In this document: in pieces, positions 26,039 to 39,889 of the stretch
Layout of the letters: every line of letters starts with the position of its first letter
Numbering within the stretch: position 1 is the stretch's first letter
NCBI GenBank assembly: GCA_964016885.1
Contig: OZ024740.1
Coordinates: 132,308,001 to 132,372,000, forward strand
Length of the DNA stretch: 64,000 bases
Source of the DNA: Eledone cirrhosa
Lineage: Eukaryota
Reading direction: 5' to 3'
Position numbers and translations under genes: made by a program
Notes under the pieces: model-generated
What the model was told of the DNA's origin: nothing
Database searches by the model: none
The model's input: the letters and a program-made list of their open reading frames with translations, nothing else

Positions 26039-26212
26039 ATATAAATCTGGAGAGCCCACGTTTACAACATCTATGTTGAAATATCCCTAGATTACGTCAG
26101 GATTCAGCATTAATTATCAAAGGTTTATGGCTACGTGAATTAATCAAACGGAGAGAATAGAACGGTGTCCTTTAAAGTGAATAGGGATTAATTACCATGA
26201 TATATTGCACAA
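25708..26212. repeat. Inverted repeat (arms ~25708-25884 / 26037-26212) around a (TA)n-rich spacer
   Basis: Reverse-complement arms with moderate divergence. Confidence 0.8.
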
Positions 26213-27816
26213 AATATCTGACAAATAATTCTGCTTTCACACGCTGATGTGCTTAAGACACCTATTATTTAAACACATAATATACAATAATAGGCCATAG
26301 TACGAGAGTGAGCCATACAAATTGTACATGAACTGATAAATTAGTGAAGTGCTGACTAGCAAAATTTAATTTTAGAATGATCTAATTGGAGTTGTATTAT
26401 TTAATATGCTCTCATGCATTCCAGGAGTTGCCTAACAAACGCATACACATGAAGCTTAGCAACTCATATTTAAATCACCTAACTGAGATATTTAGTTATT
26501 GAGATTGTGCCGATTGATATTATTTATTTATGTCTATGTGAATCAAACAAACGAAATATTTACCAACGACATCCCGAGATATCATGATTTTTTGTTAAAT
26601 AATCATATCATTAATTGATATGAGAATATTCAGTTATATTCCTGAATAGGTCAAGATTATAAAAAACAGATTTAACTTTTGCGACCCACTTTATTAAAAA
26701 AGACCTCAGTAATTGAAACATATCCTTGCCATAGAGCAGAAAACAACACACTCTGACATATGGTAATATACGCTACATGTCCACATCTACGATAGCCCTA
26801 CTTATACACATAGCGTACTAGAACATACTATCTCTTAAACCGGGGTATCTTTAACCTTTAACAAAAACTCCAATTATCATTAGCTACGTATTATTAACTT
26901 CGCTTTAAGACAACTAGATTAATTACTTCTCTGATTAGCTTCTCGTCTGTCATTAACAGCAGCTTCCTCGTCAATATCAATTTAACCCGTCAACTCCGAT
27001 ATGATTAATAACAATAAGGTGTTGTTTACGGCTATGGCATAGATATCACCTAAAACATCCTATGAGTTATGATACAAATTTCATTTCAAATTATATTGTG
27101 TGTTAGATGAGATATATTAATCAGTTTAGATGTCAAAGAGGTGTGTTTATGAAAAGATGACATAAGTTCACCACTGGAAATAAAGAAAATAACTAAGCTG
27201 TGTATGTTAATATGTTCCCATGCAACAGAATTTCACCTTATTCGTTAGCCTAGAAATGTGTTGTAGCTGATGTAAGCCATTGTGTATGATTTGCAAATAA
27301 TTTTGAATTTCATGAAATTTATTAATTTAACAAAGTTCTTTTCAGTAAGAAGTTGGTTTTTTTTTAAATAGTTTAACGTGCAGTCTTACAAAATATAATG
27401 ATGTAGAGTATTAAGATAAATAGAAACACATTAAAACGTTTTTTTATCAAATGACTAAATAAGAAATTAATAAAAAAAAACGTTAAAGACATCCACAGCA
27501 TCCATAGAAACATATGCAGCATCTGCAAAAATTGTGTTGAAATAAATATCTCCAAACTACAATGTTTGAAAAAGCCAAAGTAGTGTCAACAATTATGCGG
27601 GAAAAACAAGTCATTCCAATGTAAGCTGAAATAAGAAGATATAACTGCTGCAACATCCCAAAGCAGCATTCAATACATTATTTGTATAAGCATCGGGGTA
27701 TAATTACTTAGCCTATGCAACATTATATGATCGTACCAAGAGGGACAAAAGTCCTGCCTTCAAATATCTGGACATATGACTTATCAAATTCTCTTTGCTA
27801 CATATACATATATATG

Positions 27817-28040
27817 ATCCGACAGGTTTGCAGTCGTACACTTGGCAGTGGAGTCTTCTGGTGTTTTCGGCCCCAGGGCTACCTCCTTATTCACCACCAT
27901 AGGTGCTGAGCTGGTCAGCCGCAGGTGTGAGCCCCGTGAGATGGAGTGGCTTTTCCAGCGCGTCTCCCTTGCCGTCCTCCGGGGAAACGCCTTCTCCATT
28001 CTGTCCGCCGCGGCTGTTGGTGGGCCCCATCGCGTACCGT
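27817..28040 (+). mobile_element. 3' fragment of the CRE-like element
   Basis: Matches 23793-24015; encodes AVESSGVFGP...FQRVSLAVLRGNA. Confidence 0.88.
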
Positions 28041-28353
28041 TGTAGTCGTTGTATACAGATATTAACTGATCAATCCCATTGTCCTAAGACATATATATGT
28101 AACTATGGTGGCTTTCTATCCCCTATGATTAAACACATACTTCTCTCTATATACTGATTTATATGAAGAGAGAGAGAGAGTGATAAAGAGGGGAAGCGAG
28201 AGTGGTAGTGAGACCGTTTTCAATAAAGTAATCGATAATTGGGATAGTAGAGTGTGACTATATTAAACAAAGTCGTGGCCAGACGGCCGAGCTCAAGAAT
28301 CGGGCTACGACTCCTAATATAAAGAAACGTTGTTGTTATTATTATTGATTATT

Positions 28354-28540
28354 GGATTGGCAGTATCCGTAGAGAGTCAGACGTCATGCTTTGACGCATA
28401 GAGTTACGGCCCCTGTCATTCTGTGTTCAAATCCGGCCGAGGTTAACTTTGCCTTTCATCCTTACGGGGTCGATAAAATAAAGTACCAGTAATGCACTGG
28501 GTTATTGCTGGCTTTGTGCCAAAAGTAGAAACAACTATTA
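28354..28540 (+). mobile_element. SINE family A (left arm)
   Basis: Full-length match. Confidence 0.88.
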
Positions 28541-29163
28541 TTGTCATTGTTGTTGTTTTTGTTTGTGATGGTGGTGATTGCTTTATTACTGTTGCCGGTG
28601 GAGTTGATGATGTGGATATCACTGTCGGCGCCACCGCCATTGTCGTTCAATAGAACACCATCCCCACAATAGCCAGATATAGGCATCTATAATTTATAAT
28701 ACAGACGCTTTCCTGCATCAATTAGGTTTCATGGCAATTCAGCACCTTTTAGCAATCCATCTGCCGGCTGTAGACCAGACATCGAAGAGGCATGACCTCG
28801 TCCACCGATATGCTACTGCCAACCTCGTTGACAATGTCGTTGCATTCGGTGTTGTTGGCGTTGTTGATGCTGTTTTATTTGTCGACAAATTTATCGTAAG
28901 GTTTTATTTCATCTCCATTTTCTTTCTTTATTCTCTATTTTTCCTTTCTCTCACTTATATATAACCTAATTAGGTTTATCGTTACTTTGGTATATATTGT
29001 GTGTTAGTTTAGCCTACCACAATGTTCGATTTGTCAAGCTATTTAAACGTATGTTATAACTCTGAGACCTATCTTATCGAGTGCTTTGCTAACTCATCAC
29101 TTCATATAAGTGGGCCGAATTTACTTGCAAACCACCAGAGATTCGATTTTACTGATTTCAAAT

Positions 29164-29195
<32 letters not shown>

Positions 29196-29883
29196 AGTGA
29201 GCAGGAACAAAGTCATGATTCCACCATAAAAGAACTTTATTTCATACGACGATTGTTTCGATATCGATTAGCTCAGCGTTCGATCATAATAGTCGGGACC
29301 CGACTCTGCACATCAGATATTCGTTCGTATGCGCACAGTACATTCAATCTTTTGATCCTGTTATATGTACACATATTTTGAGGTGTGGTAGACGGGTATA
29401 AATAGATAAATGAATAGACAAATGAGTGATGAATAAATTGCAAATATATAACATATATAAATACATATAAAAAATTAAAAGGTAGAGAAAGGAAAAATAA
29501 AGAATAAAGAAACAAAATGGAGATAAAATAAACCTTACGATAAATTTGTCGACAAATAAAACAGCATCAACAACGCCAACAACACCAAATGCAACGACAT
29601 TGACAACGAGGTTGGCAGTAGCATATCGGTGGACGAGGTCATGCCTCTTCGATGTCTGGTCTACAGCCGGCGGATGGATTGCTAAAAGGTGCTGATTTGC
29701 CATGAAACCTAATTAATGCAGGAAAGCGCCTGTATTATGAATTATAGATGCCTATATCTGGCTATTGTGGGGATGGTGTTCTATTGAACGACAATGGCGG
29801 TGGCGCCGACAGTGATATCCGCATCATCAACTCCACCGGCAACAGTAATAAAGCAATCACCACCATCACAAACAATAACAACA

Positions 29884-30070
29884 ATAATAGTTGTTTCTAC
29901 TTTTGGCACAAAGCTAGCAATAACCCAGTGCATTACTGGTACTTTATTTTATCGACCCCGTAAGGATGAAAGGCAAAGTTAACCTCGGCCGGATTTGAAC
30001 ACAGAATGACAGGGGCCGTAACTCTATGCGTCAAAGTATGGCGTCCGACCCTCTCCCGATACTGCCAATC
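29884..30070 (-). mobile_element. SINE family A (right arm)
   Basis: Mirror of 28354-28540. Confidence 0.88.
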
Positions 30071-30321
30071 TAATAATAAATAATAATAACAACAACGTTT
30101 ATTTATATTAGGAGTCGTAGCTCGATTGTTGAGCTCAGCCGTCTGGCCACGATTCTGTTTAATATTGTCACACTCTACTATCAGAATTATCGATTACTTT
30201 ATTGAATAACGGTTTCCATCTCACTCTCGCTCCCCCTCTTCATCACTCTCTCTCTTTATATAAATCAATATATAGAGAGAAGTATGTGTTTAATCATAGG
30301 GGATAGAAAGCCACCATAGTT

Positions 30322-30372
<51 letters not shown>

Positions 30373-30411
30373 CAAAAATCCATACATACATACATATATA
30401 TATATATATAT

Positions 30412-30519
<108 letters not shown>

Positions 30520-31253
30520 GTACGTGTGTGACTGTGTGTGTTTGCTTGTGAATATTTCAAACACACATGAATCTAAACAGCACAGGGCTCCTTCTCTTAA
30601 ACACAATTTATAATCATGTACATTTTCTGCTTATCGCTTATACAATAAACTATAACAAGTATTAAAGATAACAATTGGCTTACTCTTACCATGTAACACA
30701 CTGCATTAAGATTGTTTTCAAGAATGTGCCCAATGTTAATCAACTAGTAATAGAATGTTCGTTTCATTCAGTTAGACGAATGTTTGTATATCGGTATGAG
30801 AAAATATATGTATGTTTTATTTTAGCTGTCTTGACTTGTAGCTGAATCAAAAGAAAAGTATATCTAAAATACCACCATTATTTTAACTTGAGTGATGTTG
30901 AGAAATAATGAAAACATTTGCTATAAGACGAGACATTTGTGCTCGAATTTGTTACGGATTAATGTCTCAGATAGTTTAATGGAATATTTGAAAGGCAAAC
31001 ACTTTACGGCAACCATTTCAAAAGACATTCAAAGTACTAATAATATAATAATAAAACAAAATAAGACGAACTCAGTTTTAAAAGAAATATAAACAGAAAT
31101 ATGCAAATATTTCCAGTGAGCTCTCTTCTGTAATACGTGGGAAATCAAATTAGAAAAATTGATGGATATGTGTGTATGAGCTTGATGTGTGCAAGTAAAC
31201 AAAATAAACCGATATTTATATATATATATATATATGAGTGCGTGTGTGTATGT

Positions 31254-31339
<86 letters not shown>

Positions 31340-31359
31340 CATATATATATATATATACA

Positions 31360-31425
<66 letters not shown>

Positions 31426-31673
31426 ATAGAGAGAGAGAGAGAAAGAGAGAGAATGCGCAGTTTTATGCTTTATTAATATGCATTTATAGGGACAGGTAGA
31501 AGAATATGTTGATATACAATAATGTATACATGAAATCGTAAAGCTACTCCGTATGAATACGGACACATAAAAATAAGCATTCATACAAACATATTCACAT
31601 ATATATGCACACATACATATTCACATATATATAAACATGTGTATATATATATATATGCATCTCTCTCTCTCTC

Positions 31674-31729
<56 letters not shown>

Positions 31730-32421
31730 TTTGTGTAAGTTCGTATGTACGTGTGTGTTTGTACGTGTATGTATACGCATGTATGTGTGTGGTCCTGTAT
31801 CTACTACTGGGACGTAATGACATCATTTCTATGGCATTTCGCACTTGGCAGAGACGAACTCACCCAGGTCTGAAAAAGTTGATTACATTTAAAATGAGAT
31901 ATAGAGAAATACTCAACTGTAGTACAGAAATGTCTTCTTTTTTATTGAGGAATGAAAGCCATAACAAACCTCGGTGGGATTTGAAATCAGAGCGCAGAAG
32001 AAAAAATATCGGTATAAAATATACAGGGAACCGTCTCTCCAAATACAAGAACAATTGACCAAATAAACTTGTAGATATTGTTTCCTTTTTTTATTTTTAT
32101 TTCCGAAAAAAAAATGTTTAAATAAAAGTTGACGATTGTGGTTCCACGTGAGATTAATCTGATTAACCACCATGAAAATCTGGTTTCCCACAGAAATATT
32201 CATACAGGTGCAATGTATTTGAAGTTAATATATATATATATATATATATAGAATAACAAGGTTTCGTTCAAGGTAACCTAGTTAAAGCTTGTGAGTGTTC
32301 TGTATTGTGGATAGTTTTGGTGTACGGCGATGTTTGATTCATAAAGAAGTTTCCTTAGTTAGGTGGCAAGTTTACGAGAATAACTATGCAGGTGATTCTT
32401 GGAGTAATAACAGTAAATGGT

Positions 32422-32672
32422 CGACTGTACAAAAAGTTTTTTTTTACAGTATTAACAATTGTTTCATTAATCAGGGGAGTCTAAACGCCGCTGATCGCCA
32501 GGAATTGCGTCACTCGACCTTAATTACAATGTGTGTCTCTCATCAAATCATCAGAGACAGACATTGTAATTAAGGTCGAGTGACGCAATTCCTGGCGATA
32601 AGCGGCGTTTAGACTCAACTGATTAACGAGACAATTGTTAACACAGTAAATAAACCATTTTTGTAGAGCCGA
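32422..32672. repeat. Short palindrome (~115-bp arms) with a degenerate HHR-like motif
   Basis: The arms are reverse complements. The minus strand at 32451-32506 reads CUGGCGA...GAAAC-AAUU-GUU. Confidence 0.7.
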
Positions 32673-32694
32673 GCATATTGTTCTTCTCTCTTTT

Positions 32695-32787
<93 letters not shown>

Positions 32788-32802
32788 GTATATATATATA
32801 TA

Positions 32803-32901
<99 letters not shown>

Positions 32902-33329
32902 ATATTTTCTTATTTTACGTCCTTTATATTATTGTTCTGCATTCTCCTGCATTGAACCACCTAGGTACTATGACATAACCTGTGTATTTGCTGGCATGGG
33001 CGTGCATCTGTGCGCTTATGTTAGTTGATATATTAAATTATCTATATTTATCTCCAAATCACTGATTTGTCGAGCAAACTTGTCAAAACCACTTCTAAAA
33101 AAATTTTTTTGGGGTGTTAGTAGGCGTCAGTCATCTTACCATCCCATTCCTTCTAACTAGCCTCTGTGTCACGTGATTGATTCTTTAGAATCGGCCATTT
33201 GACTTGAAGCAGTGAGAATTTCGGTACATAGAATCCAGTCCTCGCAAGCTGTTCGATCTACCGAATTATTATTATTTTTATATGAGCCGCCAGTGTCCGC
33301 GCATTGCCTGGAGACTTAACTGAGAATAG

Positions 33330-33411
33330 ACTCCCTGATGACGCAATGAATTTTCGACAGTTGGATTACGTAACTGTCTTTATCCCATTGCAGAAACTAA
33401 TTAGTTGGAGT
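33330..33411 (+). ncRNA. Hammerhead ribozyme type I, ~50-nt stem II
   Basis: ACUCC-CUGAUGA-C-GCAAUG...GACAGUU/AACUGUC...CAUUGC-A-GAAAC-UAAUUA-GUU-GGAGU. Confidence 0.88.
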
Positions 33412-33885
33412 GAAAATTTAAGTAAGAAAAAAATTTTTTTTAAATTTTTTAAAAAAAATATTTTCTTATTTTACGTCCTTTATATTATTGTTCTGCATTC
33501 TCCTGCATTGAACCACCTAGGTACTATGACATAACCTGTGTATTTGCTGGCATGGGCGTGCATCTGTGCGCTTATGTTAGTTGATATATTAAATTATCTA
33601 TATTTATCTCCAAATCACTGATTTGTCGAGCAAACTTGTCAAAACCACTTCTAAAAAAATTTTTTTGGGGTGTTAGTAGGCGTCAGTCATCTTACCATCC
33701 CATTCCTTCTAACTAGCCTCTGTGTCACGTGATTGATTCTTTAGAATCGGCCATTTGACTTGAAGCAGTGAGAATTTCGGTACATAGAATCCAGTCCTCG
33801 CAAGCTGTTCGATCTACCGAATTATTATTATTTTTATATGAGCCGCCAGTGTCCGCGCATTGCCTGGAGACTTAACTGAGAATAG

Positions 33886-33967
33886 ACTCCCTGATGACGC
33901 AATGAATTCTCGACAGTTGGATTACGTAACTGTCTTTATCCCATTGCAGAAACTAATTAGTTGGAGT
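33886..33967 (+). ncRNA. Hammerhead ribozyme type I, second tandem copy
   Basis: Identical to 33330 except one internal-loop base. Confidence 0.88.
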
Positions 33968-34150
33968 GAAAATTTAAGTAAGAAAAAAATTTTTTTTTAA
34001 TTTTTTTTAAAAAATATTTTCTTATTTTACGTCCTTTATATTATTGTTCTGCATTCTCCTGCATTGAACCACCTAGGTACTATGACATAACCTGTGTATT
34101 TGCTGGCATGGGCGTGCATCTGTGCGCTTATGTTAGTTGATATATTAAAT

Positions 34151-34187
<37 letters not shown>

Positions 34188-34375
34188 CTAACAAAAGTTT
34201 ACGGTAGTGCCCAATCCGTATGAAGAACTCAATGTAATCCGGATATCATGAAAAGAGAAGATGCATTCAAAAACTACTTTCGGTGAAAAATAAATGGAAA
34301 ACAGAGTCAACATAAATTATTTAAAAAATAATGAATAAACAAAGTAAACAGTTCCTTATATTAAAAAAAAATTCA

Positions 34376-34511
34376 TTATTTTGCGATCGTTTCTAGGATA
34401 TATATGTGTTAGAGTTGGTATGCATATTCTACAGATCTATGTACAATATTCATACAAACTATCAGAGGGAATATACATACCTTCACATATATATGCTGTC
34501 TTCAGAAATAA
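34376..34511 (-). ncRNA. Hammerhead ribozyme, long stem II, cleavage triplet mutated (GCA)
   Basis: Mirror of 37281-37412 but with GCA in place of GUA. Confidence 0.65.
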
Positions 34512-35318
34512 CGATACTTGTTTATTGATAAGAACAAAGATTCAATACAATAGGTCTGTTTGGGAACAGGTTTTGAATTGACCAATCAGGAGATAGTGAG
34601 GGTCAAGATAGTGATATAGAATTAGGAGAACCTTAAATTATGGGTAGAGGAAGGTAGATTTCAGTTTTGGATGGAAAAGAGTATTATGAATGAAGGATTA
34701 CTTTAGGGAAGAAGAAGGTCATATGTTGACCTCAGAAATAATTTGATTTGTTCATTGAATAAAACCTACAAAGATCCAATAATAATGGATTACTTTAGGC
34801 AAGAAGTAGGTCATATGTTGACCTCAGAAATAATTTTATTTGTTCATTGAATAAAACCAACAAAGATCAAATATACTTTGTCTGTTTGGTAAGAGGTTTA
34901 GAATTAACCAATAGAAAGTTAATAATTGGTCAAATGGTAAAATAGTAGTAATTGAAACTTATTTTAGGGGTGAAACTAGGTCAGGTGGTCAGTAGAAGGT
35001 ATACAAGCAGTTGCTGTTATAAAATAGTAATGCCAATACAAATATCTAAGGTGATCAGAGTTTTTAGATAAGGATGTTAGTGAAAAAAATACATCTATGA
35101 AAAGGATATAAAATTAATTTAATTGATGGGTATATTTATATTGATAAAATTATACTAATACATATAGATATGATAAATAAGAGTTAGATGCAGTTGAAAA
35201 GTGCTGTTAAGGATGAGGGGAGATTAAAAGAATATAAAAATGATATATATATATATATATATACATATATATACCTACATATATATACATACATACACAC
35301 ACACATACACACACACAT

Positions 35319-35403
<85 letters not shown>

Positions 35404-35495
35404 CATACACATACACACACAAATATATACCCATATACATATATATATATATACGCATATACACATGTACATATACATACACACACACACACACA

Positions 35496-35549
<54 letters not shown>

Positions 35550-36199
35550 TATACACATATATATATATATATATATATACATATATATATTTTTTTTTAC
35601 ACTCACATACATACACACATACATACATACACACTTATATACACACACATCCACACTTACATATACATATAATTATTGGGGGGTGGGATTAAATTTATTA
35701 GTGGGGAATAGTAAATATATATACTTTTCAAGGAACAGAGTCATAACCTGAAGTTAAACAATATATATGTTTACTTAATGGTATCAGTTTTAGGAGATGA
35801 TATTTGTAAGAAGGAAAGCCAAATTATGTAGTTCATCATTAGTAGAATATTAATTATAGGTTAACTAAAATAAAAATAGTTTATATATTAATTTCTAAGG
35901 TGTATATTAATTAGGCTTTAATATTAATTTGGCTCTCCTTCTTACAAATATCATCTCCTAAAACTGATACCATTAAGTAAACATATATAAGCTTTAACTT
36001 CAGGTTATGACTCTATGTTCCTTGAAACCTATATATATTTACTATTTCCCACTAATAAATTTAATCCCCCTCCCCTAATAATTATATGTATATGTAAGTG
36101 TGGATGTGTGTGTATATAAGTGTGTATGTATGTATGTGTGTATGTATGTGAATGTAAAAAAAATATATATTTGTATATATATATATATATATGTGTATA

Positions 36200-36249
<50 letters not shown>

Positions 36250-37100
36250 TGTGTGTGTGTGTGTGTGTATGTATATGTACATGTGTATATGCGTATATTA
36301 TATATATATATATATATGTATATGGGTATATATTTGTGTGTGTATGTGTATGTATGTGTATATATATATATATATATATGTGTGTGTATGTGTGTGTGTA
36401 TGTATGTATATATATGTAGGTATATATATGTATATATATATATATATATATCATTTTTATATTCTTTTAATCTCCATTCATCCTTAACAGCACTTTTCAA
36501 CTGCATCTAACTCTTATTTATCATATCTATATGTATTAGTATAACTTTATCAATATAAATATACCCATCAATTAAATTAATTTTATATCCTTTTCATAGA
36601 TGTATTTTTTTCACTAACGTCCTTATCTTAAAACTCTGGTCACCTTAGATATTTGTATTGGCATTACTATTTTATAACAGCAACTGCTTGTATACATTCT
36701 ACTGACCACCTGACCTAGTTTCACCCCTAAAATAAGTTCCAATTACTACTATTTTACCATTTGGCCAATTATTAACTTTCTATTGGTTAATTCTAAACCT
36801 CTTACCAAACAGACAAAATATATTTGATCTTTGTTGGTTTTATTCAATGAACAAATAAAATTATTTCTGAGGTCAACATATGACCTTCTTCTTCCCTAAA
36901 GTAATCCTTCATTCATAATACTCTTTTCCATCCAAAACTGAAATCTACCTTCCTCTACCCATAATTTAAGGTTCTCCTAATTCTATATCACTATCTTGAC
37001 CCTCACTATCTCCTGATTGGTCAATTCAAAACCTGTTCCCAAACAGACCTATTGTATTGAATCTTTGTTCTTATCAATAAACAAGTATCATTATTTCTGA

Positions 37101-37280
37101 CGGATTGGCAGTATCGGTAGAGGGTCGGACGTTTTGCTTTCCAGCATAGTTACGTCCCTTTACGATCTGAGTTCAAATCCCGCCGAGGTTGACTTTGCCT
37201 TTCATCCTTACGGGGTCGACGAAATAAAGTACCAGTAACGCACTGGGTAATTGCTGGCCTTGTGCCTAAAGTAGAAACAA
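37101..37280 (+). mobile_element. SINE family A with 10-bp target-site duplication TTATTTCTGA
   Basis: TSD at 37091-37100 and 37281-37290; the empty site is visible in the opposite arm (~34500-34515). Confidence 0.93.
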
Positions 37281-37412
37281 TTATTTCTGAAGACAGCATA
37301 TATATGTGAAGGTATGTATATTCCCTCTGATAGTTTGTATGAATATTGTACATCTATAGAATATGCATACCAACTCTAACACATATATATCCTAGAAACG
37401 ATCGTAAAATAA
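37281..37412 (+). ncRNA. Hammerhead ribozyme type I, ~100-nt stem II
   Basis: UUAUUU-CUGAAGA (37287)-C-AG(C)AUAUAUAUGUG...CACAUAUAUAU(C)CU-A-GAAAC (37395)-GAUC-GUA-AAAUAA. Confidence 0.82.
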
Positions 37413-37469
37413 TGAATTTGTTTTAATATAAGGGACTGTTTTCTTTGTTTATTCATTATTTTTTTAATA

Positions 37470-37589
<120 letters not shown>

Positions 37590-38460
37590 GTATACTCCAA
37601 ACAAAATGAGACGCACCAGCAACATACCTATAATGCAATAGCACCTAGGTGCATCTGCTAAAGTCCAGTGTATTACCAACTGGGCGGAGAGTGCCTCATC
37701 AGGAACATTGGATGTCAATGCGATATCATAGCTGGGCACAATGAATACACTTATATAGGAGCGCAAGCTCAACAACCTTTAAGGAGCGACTGTACAACCA
37801 CAGAAGCTGTTTCAACCACAGACCTAAACGTTTCCAATCCAGACTGACCGATTTGATCAGTGACCTCAAGGTTAGGAACCTGAAATACCAGATCAAATGG
37901 TCCGTAAGGAGACGTGTGGCCCAACATTCCACCGCGGGAGGCCACTGCAGGCTGTATCTAGCAGAATAGACAGAGATCATTAGGTTAACATCGGCTATCA
38001 ATTTGAGATTGGAAAATTGCAGCCACACGAAAAAGCATACATTCTCCTCCATGGTATTCGGGCAGGAACCACGGACAGACCTAAACTTAATAAACTGAAC
38101 CCAGACAACGATAGACAAACAATCCTAGTAGCTACCTCAATTATGATCGTATCACATTAACTTTATCATCGCCGTCATTACCACATTCATTGCCATTGCT
38201 ATTCTTGTTAATAATATATTTTTTATCATGTCCCTCATTAATAAACATATCACCATCTATTCACCATTCTCACCCACATGAACACGCAAGAAACACATAC
38301 AAACCACCAGCATCCTCTAAATAACGACAATTGGTTTCATCACTACCATTTGTATCACCAATTTATTCAACTCTATTACATTTATTTCCCATCACTATCA
38401 CATTTTTACCCTCATATCCTTAAAAAAATGTTTACCACTATATATTCCTAATGATATTTA
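37590..38460 (+). mobile_element. Degenerate Naiad-type PLE 3' fragment (GIY-YIG plus 3' UTR)
   Basis: Frameshifted translation GGECLIRNI..TYIG / STTFKERLYNHRSCF..LKYQIKWS..HCRL (~37680-38050). Confidence 0.75.
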
Positions 38461-38514
38461 TCTAGACACACAGTTAGTTCATACACATATACCTGAGTTT
38501 GTGTGTGTGTGTAT

Positions 38515-38560
38515 CATTCTCCATTCTGACCGCCGGGACTGTGGGGTGCCCCATCGCGTA
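38515..38560 (+). mobile_element. Extreme 3' tip of the CRE-like element
   Basis: ttctccattctg.ccgccggg.ctgtggg..g.cccatcgcgta matches 23969-24013. Confidence 0.7.
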
Positions 38561-38905
38561 TCATTCCATATTTAGTTGTGGTCGGTGTGTGTGTGTTTGT
38601 ATATATTGCTTTTCTTTTCATTTCATTCAGCATCATAAAAAGTAAAAATAAAAAAAATAAAAATGTACACACTTGCAGAATGATATATTTGTATGAACGT
38701 GCGGGCCTATGAGCACGCTTATATCTGAGTGTGTGCATATGCAGAGATACAGACATCTTTATGTATACACGCTTGTGTGGGTGTATGTTGCTTCGTATCC
38801 TCTGTGTGAGTGTGTGTGTTTGTGTGTGTGTGCCGGTGTCCATATAGCTAGTGTAGCAACTATTTCATGCATCCATTCACACACATATACATATATATGT
38901 GTGCT

Positions 38906-38975
<70 letters not shown>

Positions 38976-39467
38976 GTAGGAGGTGAGTTTTATTGTAGCA
39001 CAATAGAGCAATGCAAATATCGGATAAGTAGCACTCAACAGTTTAAAGGACTGGAGTATAAATAATATAAAATCAAAACATGGTTAAAAGAGTTCCATGT
39101 ATTTTATTATGCGCATTTCAAAAATATATATATATATATGAACTTAAGTTCAGCTATCGATGTGGACTTGGATTTTCTTACTTTAAGATGCTCGAACATT
39201 CCTCAATTTGTTGTTTTTTTCTCTGTTTTTCTCGTTTCTTCCCTTTTTTCCTTTTTCCCTTCTATTTTCCTTCACGCCCTGCTCCGTTTTCCCAATAACC
39301 TACCTATTTATTGAACCGTATGGATAGATATATTGTCTTTAAAGAGTTGAAATATGCGAGAACCTCAGTAGAAAACTGATGAGCCACCCCCCTCCTTTAT
39401 TGCATTCTTCTTATTCTTAATCCTATTTTTAAGCCTATCTTAAGTAGCAACTACACAGCCACCCAAT

Positions 39468-39505
<38 letters not shown>

Positions 39506-39550
39506 GTGACGAAACATAAGTCAATTGCATGAACTCATAATCCTTTATTT

Positions 39551-39606
39551 ACTGCTATATATATTTCGATGATAGCCATTGAATGGCTATGACCTCATCA
39601 GGCAGT
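39551..39606 (-). ncRNA. Hammerhead ribozyme type I
   Basis: ACUGC-CUGAUGA-GGUCAUAGCCAU-UCA-AUGGCUAUCAUC-GAAA-UAUAU-AUA-GCAGU. Confidence 0.85.
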
Positions 39607-39676
39607 TAGTCAGTTCTTAGATATGCCAGCTCTGTGTTTATAGTGTTGATGGTATCAGAGCCTTGGGACACACACA

Positions 39677-39732
<56 letters not shown>

Positions 39733-39889
39733 TATTGGTGCTCTGAAATAGCGATATATATATGAATGTATATATACTGTATTTTGAAATACACTGTATG
39801 CTTAATTAAAAGCATTTTGAAGACATTAGGCCATTGTTTTAAAGTAGTGACTATGTCACTTACTTCTTTTTTCAACAAAAACAGGGAGA

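Larger units (their letters stand above)
28098..30324. repeat. Large inverted duplication (arms 28098-28951 / 29484-30324), each arm containing a SINE A
   Basis: Reverse-complement arms of ~850 bp with few mismatches. Confidence 0.9.
32897..34159 (+). mobile_element. Non-coding tandem repeat, 556-bp unit x 2.27, one HHR per unit (retrozyme-like), inserted in (TA)n
   Basis: aatattttcttattttacgtcc recurs at 32901, 33457 and 34013. The units are almost identical. HHRs lie at 33330 and 33886. Confidence 0.9.
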
